A program made the translations under genes and the position numbers. From Patescibacteria group bacterium (GTDB taxonomy: Bacteria > Patescibacteriota > Patescibacteriia > SG8-24 > DYFX01), in the NCBI GenBank assembly GCA_030583805.1, contig CP129476.1:181453-245452 (forward strand): a stretch of DNA of 64,000 nt, written 5' to 3'. Below are positions 21,394-29,729 of the stretch, piece after piece. The notes beneath the pieces were generated by a model. That model was not told the DNA's origin. It made no database searches and saw only the letters and a program-made list of their open reading frames with translations. Every line of letters starts with the position of its first letter. Position 1 is the stretch's first letter.

Positions 21394-22570
21394 AAACGTC
21401 CTTCATGTCGAGACGCTCCTCTTCTTTCAGCACGGCCTCGATGAGCTTCTCAACGTCCAGCTTCTTTTCGTCTTCCGCCACAAGCGTCTCGAGCGATTTG
21501 GTGGCCGGGTTCGGCGGCATGAAGAGCGAGCAGCAGTCGGAGTGCGGCAAAATGGACAGCTCGTAGGTGCCGATTTGGCGGGCGCGCGCCATGATTTCTT
21601 CCTTGTCCATGCCGATCAAGGGCCGGAGCACGGGAATGACGGTCACGGCTTCGATCGTGCGCATGTTCTCGACGGTCTGCGAAGCGACTTGGCCGAGCGA
21701 TTCGCCCGTCACGAGCCCGCCCGCGTCTTCGCGCAGCGCGATGCGCTCGGCGATGCGGAACATCATGCGGCGGTACAGGATGACGCGGTACTGCGGATTG
21801 CAGACGGCGGCGATCTCTTCCTGGATCGGCGTGAGGTTGATGAGCGAAAGCGTCGCGCGGATGGCGGTGCGGTTCAAGACGCGCGCGAGATCCTTCACGA
21901 TGTCGATCGAAGCTCGGTCGGTGTACGGAAAATTGTGGAAGTGGACGTAGTGCAACGGGGCACCGCGGCGCGCCATCATCCACGAGGCGACGGGCGAATC
22001 GATGCCGCCCGAGAGGAGCGACACGAGCTTGCCGCCGGTGCCGAGGGGGAGCCCGCCTGCGGCCTTCACTTTTTCATCGGAAACGTAGGCGCCGTGGTCG
22101 GTGATTTCGATCCAACACACGTGGTTCGGGGTATTCAAATCAACGTGCAAATCGGGATTCGCATCCAAAATCGCCGCGCCGACTGCGGCAGCGAGATCCT
22201 GCGAGGTCGTGAGGAAGCGCTTGTTCGGGCGGCGCACTGTCACGCGGAACGAGCCTTTTTTGGAAACGAACAGCCTGACGGCTTCTTTGGTGATGAGATC
22301 GGCGTCCAACTCAAGCCGCGTCGCCGGCGAAATCGTGGCGGCGCCCGCGACCATCTTGAGACGCTTTAAAACTTCGATCGGATCGGCCTCGCCCGCTTCG
22401 ACGCGCACCATGCCGGTACTGCGCATGACCGCGCCCGCTTTCAAGCCTTTCAGCTGCGTCTTGATATTCGAAACCAGCTTCTCTTCGAAGAAGTCGCGGT
22501 TGTTGCCTTTGATGCCGAGTTCCGCGTAGTGGACGACGAAGGTCATGCGTTCCAATGGGTACGAAGCCAA
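21386..22570 (-). CDS. thiI: tRNA 4-thiouridine(8) synthase / tRNA sulfurtransferase
   Basis: THUMP-like N-terminus and the PP-loop SGGIDSPVA. Confidence 0.9.
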   Translation of the reverse strand: MASYPLERMTFVVHYAELGIKGNNRDFFEEKLVSNIKTQLKGLKAGAVMRSTGMVRVEAGEADPIEVLKRLKMVAGAATISPATRLELDADLITKEAVRLFVSKKGSFRVTVRRPNKRFLTTSQDLAAAVGAAILDANPDLHVDLNTPNHVCWIEITDHGAYVSDEKVKAAGGLPLGTGGKLVSLLSGGIDSPVASWMMARRGAPLHYVHFHNFPYTDRASIDIVKDLARVLNRTAIRATLSLINLTPIQEEIAAVCNPQYRVILYRRMMFRIAERIALREDAGGLVTGESLGQVASQTVENMRTIEAVTVIPVLRPLIGMDKEEIMARARQIGTYELSILPHSDCCSLFMPPNPATKSLETLVAEDEKKLDVEKLIEAVLKEEERLDMKDVSW

Positions 22571-23691
22571 TCCTCCGCTTGGGAGGGATCGCTGAGCTTA
22601 CCCTTGGCTTGCGCATCAATCAAGAGGTCGAGCGCGCGGCCGACATCCGGCCCCGCGGAAAGGTTGAGAATGCGCATGACGGTTTCGCCTTCCAGCCACG
22701 GCTTCAGCCCAAGCTCCTTGTACAGCGCGACGTCGCCGCCAAGGACGATTCTTTGAACCAACGCGTCGTCGACGCCGACGCCGGCAGAAGAAAGCCTGAG
22801 ACGGCGCGTCAATGCCGCCGCGTTGTCGGCACCGCGGTGCGCGACCGACAAGGCGAAGATAAGGCGTGTCGGAACAATGCCGTCGCCAACGATCCGCTGG
22901 ATGTCTTCTTGCGTGAGGCGCTCGAGCGCGGCACGGACGTGCTCCGGCCATTCGGTCAGCTCGGGCATCAGCACGGCGGTGACGCCGCTCTCCTGCCACA
23001 ACTCCGCCATGCGCACCGGATCGCTCGCGAAACCTTTCAGCACTTCCCGCGCCGCCAGTTCGAACGGCACGAGACGCTGTCCGTCGCGCTCGTCGTTCAA
23101 GCGCGGCACGGCCAGAAGCGCGGCCCGCCACGTTTCCCATTCGATTTCAAAATTCAATTGCGCGGCGAAACGCAGCATGCGCAGGATGCGCGTGTAATCT
23201 TCCGCGAAGCGCGTGTCGGGATTTCCGACTGCGCGCAGGACGCGCTTCTTAAGATCCGCCTCGCCGCCGTGCGGATCGATCACGCGGTCCGTCGCCGCTT
23301 CCCAGGCCATGGCGTTCACGGTGAAATCGCGCCGACCGAGATCTTCCTCGATCGGCAGCGACGGATCGGAATCCGTTTCGACGTCGCGATAGCCGCCCGT
23401 GCCGGCCGGGCGTTCCCGGCGCGGCAGGGCGATGTCGAGCGCTTGGCCGTCTTCGCCGGAAACGAATTTCAAAACGCCGAACGTGCGGCCGACGGCATCG
23501 ACCGAGCCGCGCGCTTCAAGAAACGCCATGACGTCGTCAAACGCGACGCCCGCCACGAGGACGTCGATGTCCTGAAGCAGGCGGCCGAGCTGCTCGTCGC
23601 GCACGGCGCCGCCGACGACGTACCAGCGGGAACCGGGCAACTCCGCGCCCCAGCGCTCCAAAAGCTCTTTGATGGGATGCGTTGCGAACAT
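22543..23691 (-). CDS. cca: CCA-adding enzyme / poly(A) polymerase-family tRNA nucleotidyltransferase
   Basis: Nucleotidyltransferase GG...DxD head (VVGGAVRDEQLGRLLQDIDVLV) and RRDFTVNA motif. Start taken at the ATG at 23689-23691 (MFATHPIKE). The 114-aa Arg-rich N-terminal extension in the ORF track is rejected. Confidence 0.75.
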   Translation of the reverse strand: MFATHPIKELLERWGAELPGSRWYVVGGAVRDEQLGRLLQDIDVLVAGVAFDDVMAFLEARGSVDAVGRTFGVLKFVSGEDGQALDIALPRRERPAGTGGYRDVETDSDPSLPIEEDLGRRDFTVNAMAWEAATDRVIDPHGGEADLKKRVLRAVGNPDTRFAEDYTRILRMLRFAAQLNFEIEWETWRAALLAVPRLNDERDGQRLVPFELAAREVLKGFASDPVRMAELWQESGVTAVLMPELTEWPEHVRAALERLTQEDIQRIVGDGIVPTRLIFALSVAHRGADNAAALTRRLRLSSAGVGVDDALVQRIVLGGDVALYKELGLKPWLEGETVMRILNLSAGPDVGRALDLLIDAQAKGKLSDPSQAEDWLRTHWNA

Positions 23692-23741
23692 ATGCGGCCA
23701 CTGTAGCACCGCCCTTCGAAAAGAAAAAAGCCCAGGCGTGA

Positions 23742-24623
23742 CTACGCTTGGGCGGAGAGCAGGGCTTCGCGCATCTCGCCTGCAGACTGGAAGCGGTCCT
23801 CGGGACGCTTTTCGAGCGCGCGGAAGATGACGCTTTCGAGGCTTTCGGAGACGCGCATGCCGGGCGCGGCGATATCGAACGGGATCGGCTCGGCATACTT
23901 TTGACGATCGATGATGCTTCGTATGCTGGACTTCTCCCTGCCGTACGCCCACGTTTCGGAGAGCAGGCGGTAGAGTACGTGACCCACGGCGTAGAGATCG
24001 GCGCGCCCATCGACGCGCTTTTGGCCGTTGCATTGTTCGGGTGACGCGTAAAGCGGCGTGCCGACCATATACCCCTCCGCCGCGCGAGGATCGTCGACGT
24101 GGATGGAGCAGGCCAGGGCGAAATCCACGATCTTGAGGCTGTCGCTGGTCATGATGAGGTTCGCCGGTTTGATGTCCCGATGAACGAAACCGGCCGCGTG
24201 GACCGCTTCGAGACCTTCGAGCAGCTGGCGTCCGAGATTGATCACGGTTCGCGCCTTCAGCCGATTGATCTTTCGGCGCCGGAGCAAGTGAAGCGGCAAG
24301 CCTTCGAGGAACTCGAGGACGACGTACCTGTTCCCCCAGCCGTCCGTACCGGCATCCTGAAGACGCACGATGTGCGGATGCGAGAGTCCGGAGAGAACGA
24401 GGGCTTCCCGCAGAATGTACTCGTTGAGCGCGCTGGTCTTGGTCCTTTCGGCAAGCTCGGGAATATCCAGCGTTTCCCAGGCGGGGTCATGGAACGTTCC
24501 GATCGCCCGCGGAGACTTTACGACGACATAGCGCCCGTTCCGCATATCCTGCGCGACGTACACGGTCGACATCACGCTTTCGTGAAGCCTGCGCAAGATC
24601 CTATAGCGCTCGTTCAGCATCAC
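23742..24623 (-). CDS. Hanks-type serine/threonine protein kinase (cytoplasmic; DFG replaced by DFA)
   Basis: VVKSP (VAIK-like Lys), HRDIKPANL catalytic loop, DFALA, SPE motif. No TM or PASTA domain. Confidence 0.8.
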   Translation of the reverse strand: MMLNERYRILRRLHESVMSTVYVAQDMRNGRYVVVKSPRAIGTFHDPAWETLDIPELAERTKTSALNEYILREALVLSGLSHPHIVRLQDAGTDGWGNRYVVLEFLEGLPLHLLRRRKINRLKARTVINLGRQLLEGLEAVHAAGFVHRDIKPANLIMTSDSLKIVDFALACSIHVDDPRAAEGYMVGTPLYASPEQCNGQKRVDGRADLYAVGHVLYRLLSETWAYGREKSSIRSIIDRQKYAEPIPFDIAAPGMRVSESLESVIFRALEKRPEDRFQSAGEMREALLSAQA

Positions 24624-24692
24624 GCACCTCGTTGTTGAGGACCGAACACGGCGACGCTACCTGAAAAAATACTTTTTTGTCAATAAGAAAAA

Positions 24693-24714
24693 CCTCGCGC
24701 CATGCATCGCGAGG
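24693..24714. terminator. hairpin terminator (CCTCGCG-CCATGCAT-CGCGAGG) with T-runs on both sides
   Basis: Perfect 7-bp GC stem. TTTCGTATTTTT follows on the plus strand and TTTTT on the minus strand. Separates the zinc-ribbon gene from the kinase gene. Confidence 0.45.
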
Positions 24715-24733
24715 TTTCGTATTTTTGTGTTGG

Positions 24734-24946
24734 CTAGTAGGCGGCGGCGTCGGCAACCGCGAGCTCTTCGGCTCCGCAGATCCCGCACTCGACCGCGAGG
24801 TCGTCTTTCCTGATCTCCCCGCACCCGTTGCAGAAGAACGCGTTGTCCATCTCATCGACGCGCGAGGAACTGCACAGTCCGCAGCGGAAGGCCAAGTCTC
24901 TGGCTCCCAATTCTCCGCAAAACGGACAGGCATACGACATGGCCAT
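24734..24946 (-). CDS. small zinc-ribbon protein with two CxxC-x11-CxxC units (70 aa)
   Basis: CPFC ... CGLC and CNGC ... CGIC, each pair separated by 11 residues. Acidic otherwise. Confidence 0.45.
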   Translation of the reverse strand: MAMSYACPFCGELGARDLAFRCGLCSSSRVDEMDNAFFCNGCGEIRKDDLAVECGICGAEELAVADAAAY

Positions 24947-25045
24947 ACGAAAGATCTGTCGCTAATTCTTAAAACTGGTTGGGAGTATAACACAGGCTTA
25001 TTTAAGGACAAGCAAAAAAGATATCCACACAAGGGGTCTTGCGCT

Positions 25046-25060
25046 GTTCGCCTTTTGTTC
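25046..25060 (+). promoter_or_regulatory. candidate LexA operator of the GTTC-N7-GTTC direct-repeat type
   Basis: GTTCgccttttGTTC lies 5 nt upstream of the first ATG of lexA. Additional GAAC/GTTC half-sites occur at 25077, 25088 and 25117-25124. Confidence 0.3.
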
Positions 25061-25064
25061 ATCT

Positions 25065-25718
25065 ATGATGGTGGCGAACGATACGCGAACGATTTACTCA
25101 TCTCATCCATCTTCTATGTTCGAACTCACCTCGAAGCAGAAGGAACTACTCGACGCGATTTCGGAACACGTCGGCGCGCGCGGCGTCATGCCGAGCTACC
25201 GCGAGCTCGCGAGCGCCATGGGCGCTTCCAGCCCGGCGACGATCCATAAGCACGTATCGCTTTTGGAGAAGAAAGGCTACGTGCTGCGCCACGACGGCGG
25301 ACGCTCGCTCGCGCTCACGCCGAAAGCCACGATGCGACGTCCGGCCATCGGCTTGCCGCTGCGCGGACTCATCACGGCGGGCCAACCGATCGAAGCTGTC
25401 GAAACGAACGACACGATCGACGTCCCGGCCGATCTCGTGGTCGATGAAGTGAACTCGTACGTCTTGAAGGTGCGCGGCACTTCGATGATCGACGACGGTA
25501 TTCTGGACGGCGACTACGTCGTCGTGGAACGGAATCCTTCTCCGCGCAACGGCGACATCGTCGTGGCGCTGCTCGAAAACACCTACGCCACCTTGAAGCG
25601 CTTCTACCGCGAAGCCACGCGCATCCGCCTCCAGCCCGCCAACGCCACGATGTCGCCCATCTTCGTCCACGATCCGCTCATCCAAGGCGTCGTCCGTGCG
25701 GTGCTTCGAAAGTATTAA
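25065..25718 (+). CDS. lexA: LexA repressor
   Basis: N-terminal winged HTH (MPSYRELASAMG). C-terminal S24 peptidase domain with the Ser (GTSM) and Lys (TLKRF) dyad. An Ala-Gly cleavage site is present. Start could be the ATG at 25116 (MFELTSKQ). Confidence 0.85.
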   Translation: MMVANDTRTIYSSHPSSMFELTSKQKELLDAISEHVGARGVMPSYRELASAMGASSPATIHKHVSLLEKKGYVLRHDGGRSLALTPKATMRRPAIGLPLRGLITAGQPIEAVETNDTIDVPADLVVDEVNSYVLKVRGTSMIDDGILDGDYVVVERNPSPRNGDIVVALLENTYATLKRFYREATRIRLQPANATMSPIFVHDPLIQGVVRAVLRKY

Positions 25719-25894
25719 TCCCCCACCCTATGAGCAGGAGGAAATTCAAGTCCATGTACCGTCAGTTGGTCGGCAAAGTCGTTGATTGGTTTGAAATCTC
25801 CGAGTATGAAGATCGCGTCGATTCTTTCGCATCGTAAATCGAGGCACGATATCGTGCTTGTGTTCAGGGTAAAGAGGACATGGTTCGGTCAGTC

Positions 25895-25927
25895 TTCGCT
25901 TTAAAAAAAAAGCCATCCTGCTATACT
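25895..25927 (+). promoter_or_regulatory. candidate sod promoter with extended -10 (TGcTATACT)
   Basis: TG-n-TATACT at 25919-25927, about 25 nt upstream of the sod ATG. Possible -35 TTCGCT at 25895-25900, but the spacer is 21 nt. An A9 run lies in between. Confidence 0.3.
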
Positions 25928-25952
25928 GAGGCCGTCATTCTTATTTTCCCGT

Positions 25953-26546
25953 ATGGCTGAATTGCAACCGAAACCCCTCAAATACAAGGAACTGCCCGGT
26001 CTTTCCGAAAAACAGCTCGCCGAACACCATGACGTTTTGTACGCCGGCTACGTCAAAAAGACGAACGAGCTCCGCACCAAGCTTGAAAGCGTCGATTTGG
26101 CGAACGTTAATGCGACCTACAGCGATCTCCGTGAACTGAAAGTCGAGGAAACGTTCGCTTTGAACGGCGTGAAGCTCCACGAACGCTATTTCGACAACCT
26201 GGGCGGCAAGGGCGGAGCGCCCGAAGGCAAGATTGCCGACATGCTCATGCGCGACTTCGGCTCCTACGAAAAGTGGGCGGCCGAGTTCGCGGCCTGTGGC
26301 ATGGCCGCGCGCGGCTGGGTTGTTCTGGCCTACGATTTGGAAGAAGGCCGGCTCATGAACGTCGTCTGCGACGTGCACAACCAGGGCGGCGTCTGGGGCC
26401 AGGTGCCGGTTCTTGTCCTTGACGTCTACGAGCACGCGTACTTTATTGATTACGCCACGGGCCGCAAGAAATATCTCGAAACGTTCATGCAGAACGTGGA
26501 CTGGAGCGTCGCCAACGCCCAGATCGAAAAATATAACCTGAAATAA
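25953..26546 (+). CDS. sodA: Fe/Mn superoxide dismutase
   Basis: DVYEHAYF(I)DY signature and the His/Asp metal ligands. Confidence 0.9.
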   Translation: MAELQPKPLKYKELPGLSEKQLAEHHDVLYAGYVKKTNELRTKLESVDLANVNATYSDLRELKVEETFALNGVKLHERYFDNLGGKGGAPEGKIADMLMRDFGSYEKWAAEFAACGMAARGWVVLAYDLEEGRLMNVVCDVHNQGGVWGQVPVLVLDVYEHAYFIDYATGRKKYLETFMQNVDWSVANAQIEKYNLK

Positions 26547-26547
26547 T

Positions 26548-27069
26548 ATGCAGACCTTGGTCGGAAAGCAGGCGCCGGATTTCAAGCTTGAAGGCGTCTC
26601 GCACGAAACGTTCGAACACCACGCGCTGTCGGATTACCGCGGCAAGTGGGTCGTCCTGTTCTTCTACCCGCTGGACTTCACCTTCATCTGCCCGACGGAA
26701 ATCACGGGTTTCTCCAAAGCGGATGACGAGTTCGAAAAGCTGAACGCCCGGGTCCTGGGCGTCTCGACCGACTCGGTCCATTCGCACAAGGCGTGGCTCA
26801 AGGAACTCGGCCCTCTCAAGTACCCGCTCCTCGCCGACAAGACCATGAAAGTCTCCGCCGACTACGGCGTCCTGATCGAAGAAGAAGGCATCGCGCTGCG
26901 CGGCACCTTCATCATCGACCCTGAAGGCAAAGTGCGCTACGCGCTCGTCCACGACAACGGCGTCGGCCGCTCGGTCAAAGAAACGCTCCGCGCTCTCCAG
27001 GCGCTCCAGACCGGCGAACTTTGCCCGGTGGAGTGGACTCCAGGAGAGAAGACGTTGGGAAAAGCCTAA
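26548..27069 (+). CDS. typical 2-Cys peroxiredoxin (AhpC/Prx1 family)
   Basis: FTFICPTE peroxidatic Cys motif and resolving Cys near the C-terminus (GELCPVEW). 1-nt gap after sod. Confidence 0.9.
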   Translation: MQTLVGKQAPDFKLEGVSHETFEHHALSDYRGKWVVLFFYPLDFTFICPTEITGFSKADDEFEKLNARVLGVSTDSVHSHKAWLKELGPLKYPLLADKTMKVSADYGVLIEEEGIALRGTFIIDPEGKVRYALVHDNGVGRSVKETLRALQALQTGELCPVEWTPGEKTLGKA

Positions 27070-27078
27070 AATAGAAAA

Positions 27079-27099
27079 ACGGCCGCAAGGCCGTTTTTT
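27079..27099. terminator. bidirectional terminator (CGGCC-GCAA-GGCCG followed by TTTTTT)
   Basis: Hairpin plus T6 immediately after the peroxiredoxin stop. Convergent with pepA. Confidence 0.55.
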
Positions 27100-27101
27100 C
27101 T

Positions 27102-28589
27102 TTACATCCTCTTCAGGAACTCTAGTAATAATCTCGCGCCATATCCGCTCGCGCCCCAAGAACGCTCGTCGTTGTAATCCTTTTCGTTGTAGGCCGGTCC
27201 GGCGATATCGAGATGCGCCCAGGGCGTCGTGCCGACGAATTCTTTCAGGAAAAGTCCGGCCGTGATGGCGCCGCCGCAGCGGCCGCCGCCGATGTTTTTC
27301 ACGTCGGCGTGGCGGCTTTTGATCAGCTCCGCGTATTCGGGAACGAGCGGCAGGCGCCAGAGCGGTTCGCCTGCGGCTTCGCTGGCGCCGTGGAGGCGCG
27401 TGGAGAGCTTTTCGTCGTCCGTCATGAGGCCGGAGAGATCTTGTCCGAGCGCGACCATGCAGGCGCCTGTGAGCGTCGCGAGGTCGATCATGACGTCCGG
27501 CTTCAGGGTGGCACCGTAATAAAGCGCGTCGGCCAAGGTCACGCGGCCCTCGGCGTCCGTGTTCAAAATTTCGATCGTCTTGCCCGACATCGTGTGCACG
27601 ATATCGCCGGGACGGATCGCCGTACCGGACGGCATGTTTTCGACCAGCGCGGCGATGCCGTGCACCTCGATCGGCAGTTTCAGGAGCGGCAGCGCTTTGA
27701 ACACGGCAAGCACGGCGGCTGCGCCGGCCATGTCGATCTTCATATCCATCATGGCGTCGGCCGGCTTGAGCGAAAGGCCGCCGGAATCGAACGTCACGCC
27801 CTTGCCCACCAGGACGACGCGTTTCTTGGCCTTGCCGACGGGACGGTACTTCAAATGCACGAGCAACGGCTCGTGTTCCGAGCCCTGCGCCACGGCCAAA
27901 ATGCCGCCGCAGCCCATTTTCTTGAGTTCGGCGCGTCCGTACGTCTTGAACGCGATGCGGTTTGGCGCCGCTTCCGCCAATTTCTCAGCTTCCTTCGCAA
28001 GGTGACGTGGTGTCATGTCGAGCGACGGCGTATTCACCAGATCGCGCGCGTACAGCGAGGCGGCGGCGAACTGCGCGCCGAGGTCGAGCGCGGCGTCGAA
28101 CGCTTTTACAGAAAGACGCGAAGAACCGAGCACGGCCACGTCTTCTAATTTCGTTTTTGCATCTTTCTTGTACGCCGTGAAACGGTAGGCCGCGAGCACG
28201 GCGCCTTCCGCCGCCGCTTTGGCAGCGTTCGCGCTTTCCGACGCGTCGAACGGAAGACAGAGCGCCAGCGAGACGGCTTTCTGCGCTTCGGCCGCCCGTA
28301 CGGCTCGCGCGGCGGCGGCGCGGAACTTCCTCGGCGTGAACGCCTTCTTTTCTCCAAGCCCGAGCAAAACGATTTTACGAGCCGGGACTTTTCCGTGCGC
28401 ATGCATTGAAAGTTGCGCGCCTTCTTTCGCCTTGAACTCTTCGGACACGACGTGCTCTTTCAAGTGCCCGCCGAGCAGCGCGTCGATTTTCGCGACGGGC
28501 GCGGCCAGCTCGGCGCCCTCAAAAACGCCGATGACAAGCAGGCCGGAGTCAATCTGATGAGGCTGAAGCGTGGAACGGAAAATGCGCAT
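27102..28589 (-). CDS. pepA: leucyl aminopeptidase (M17 family)
   Basis: NTDAEGRVTLADALYYG M17 signature and metal-ligand pattern. Confidence 0.9.
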   Translation of the reverse strand: MRIFRSTLQPHQIDSGLLVIGVFEGAELAAPVAKIDALLGGHLKEHVVSEEFKAKEGAQLSMHAHGKVPARKIVLLGLGEKKAFTPRKFRAAAARAVRAAEAQKAVSLALCLPFDASESANAAKAAAEGAVLAAYRFTAYKKDAKTKLEDVAVLGSSRLSVKAFDAALDLGAQFAAASLYARDLVNTPSLDMTPRHLAKEAEKLAEAAPNRIAFKTYGRAELKKMGCGGILAVAQGSEHEPLLVHLKYRPVGKAKKRVVLVGKGVTFDSGGLSLKPADAMMDMKIDMAGAAAVLAVFKALPLLKLPIEVHGIAALVENMPSGTAIRPGDIVHTMSGKTIEILNTDAEGRVTLADALYYGATLKPDVMIDLATLTGACMVALGQDLSGLMTDDEKLSTRLHGASEAAGEPLWRLPLVPEYAELIKSRHADVKNIGGGRCGGAITAGLFLKEFVGTTPWAHLDIAGPAYNEKDYNDERSWGASGYGARLLLEFLKRM

Positions 28590-28595
28590 ACGTTG

Positions 28596-28919
28596 TTACA
28601 AAGCCCCCTCGCGCTTAAGCAGCGCGCGTTTTTTAGCTGGACCGCCGAACGCGTAGTCCCCCACCCGGCCGTCGGCGCGCACGACACGATGGCAAGGCAC
28701 GCGCTTGGTGTCCCGGTTCTTGCTCATGATGGATCCGACCGCCCGCGCAGCGCCGGGACGCCCAGCGGCCGCAGCGACTTCGCCGTAGGTGCGCGTTTCT
28801 CCGCGCGGAATCCTTGCCACGACCGCATACACCTTTTGCGCGAACGGCGTGCTACTTCCGGAGAACAGCGAGGTCTTTGAGGACTTCTTCGGCGTGGTTC
28901 GCAGGTTTGACGTCTTCAT
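28596..28919 (-). CDS. ogt: methylated-DNA-protein-cysteine methyltransferase, small single-domain form
   Basis: DNA-binding HTH and active-site PCHRVV. Domain begins near TPFAQKVYAVV. The 5' 68 nt overlap bcp, so the real start may be the internal GTG at 28832. Confidence 0.6.
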   Translation of the reverse strand: MKTSNLRTTPKKSSKTSLFSGSSTPFAQKVYAVVARIPRGETRTYGEVAAAAGRPGAARAVGSIMSKNRDTKRVPCHRVVRADGRVGDYAFGGPAKKRALLKREGAL

Positions 28920-29328
28920 AGATTTTGGCGATGTTTCCTTCCGGATCGATCAGGAACGACCAGCGCTTCGTACCCATGTATTCACGACCCATGAATTTTT
29001 TCTTGCCCCAAACGCCGTAAGCTTCGACAACCTCTTTCTTTTCGTCGGCGAGGAGCGTGAACGGCAGGTCGTACTTCTCGGCAAACTTCGCGTGCTTCTT
29101 GACCGGATCGACGCTCACGCCGAACACGACGGTTTTCAGTTTTTTAAACTTCGGAAAATGATCGCGGATGGTACACGCTTCGACGGTGCAGCCCGGCGTG
29201 TCGTCCTTGGGATAGAAATACAGCAGGATCCAAGAACCGGCGTACTCTTTAAGCGCGTGCGTTTTACCGTTCTGGTCCGGCAAGGAAAAAGCAGGCGCGC
29301 GGCCTCCGACTTTCGGCAATTGCGGCAT
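28852..29328 (-). CDS. bcp: thioredoxin-dependent peroxiredoxin Bcp (PrxQ)
   Basis: DDTPGCT peroxidatic motif with a second Cys 5 residues later (CTVEAC). Confidence 0.9.
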   Translation of the reverse strand: MPQLPKVGGRAPAFSLPDQNGKTHALKEYAGSWILLYFYPKDDTPGCTVEACTIRDHFPKFKKLKTVVFGVSVDPVKKHAKFAEKYDLPFTLLADEKKEVVEAYGVWGKKKFMGREYMGTKRWSFLIDPEGNIAKIYEDVKPANHAEEVLKDLAVLRK

Positions 29329-29390
29329 AACGGGAGTTTTGAAGAATAGGGCGGAACGTCTATCATGGGCAGCGTAACCTATTTCATCCT

Positions 29391-29729
29391 ATGGAAACAG
29401 AGATGTTGGTCGGGCAAAAATGCGTCGCTTGCGAAGGCGGAACTCCGCCCCTCACGCGCGAGGAAGCCGAGGGCTACATGGCGCAGACCCCCGGTTGGAA
29501 CCTCTCCGAAGACGGCCTCCGCATTTCGCGAAAGTTCGTCTTCAAGGATTTCAAAGAATCCATGGCATTCATCAATAAGGTCGCCGAGCTGGCCGAAGCC
29601 GAAGGGCATCATCCGGACATCCACTGCTCTTGGAACAAGGTGACGCTTGAGCTCACGACGCATGCCATCAAAGGGCTCTCCAAGAATGACTTCATCTTGG
29701 CCGCCAAAACGAACGCGCTGCTCGCTTAA
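29391..29729 (+). CDS. phhB: pterin-4a-carbinolamine dehydratase (PCD/DCoH)
   Basis: EGHHPD motif and typical length. Confidence 0.8.
   Translation: METEMLVGQKCVACEGGTPPLTREEAEGYMAQTPGWNLSEDGLRISRKFVFKDFKESMAFINKVAELAEAEGHHPDIHCSWNKVTLELTTHAIKGLSKNDFILAAKTNALLA

Noticed and set aside
23692-24033. An Arg-rich 114-codon N-terminal extension on the CCA-enzyme ORF. Similar extensions occur on msrA (37107..37430), the beta-CA gene (4846..5105), yibE/F (45900..46097) and greA (43800..44228).
   Set aside because: The extensions overlap neighbouring genes and have non-protein-like composition. Internal ATGs coincide with the conserved N-termini of the families.
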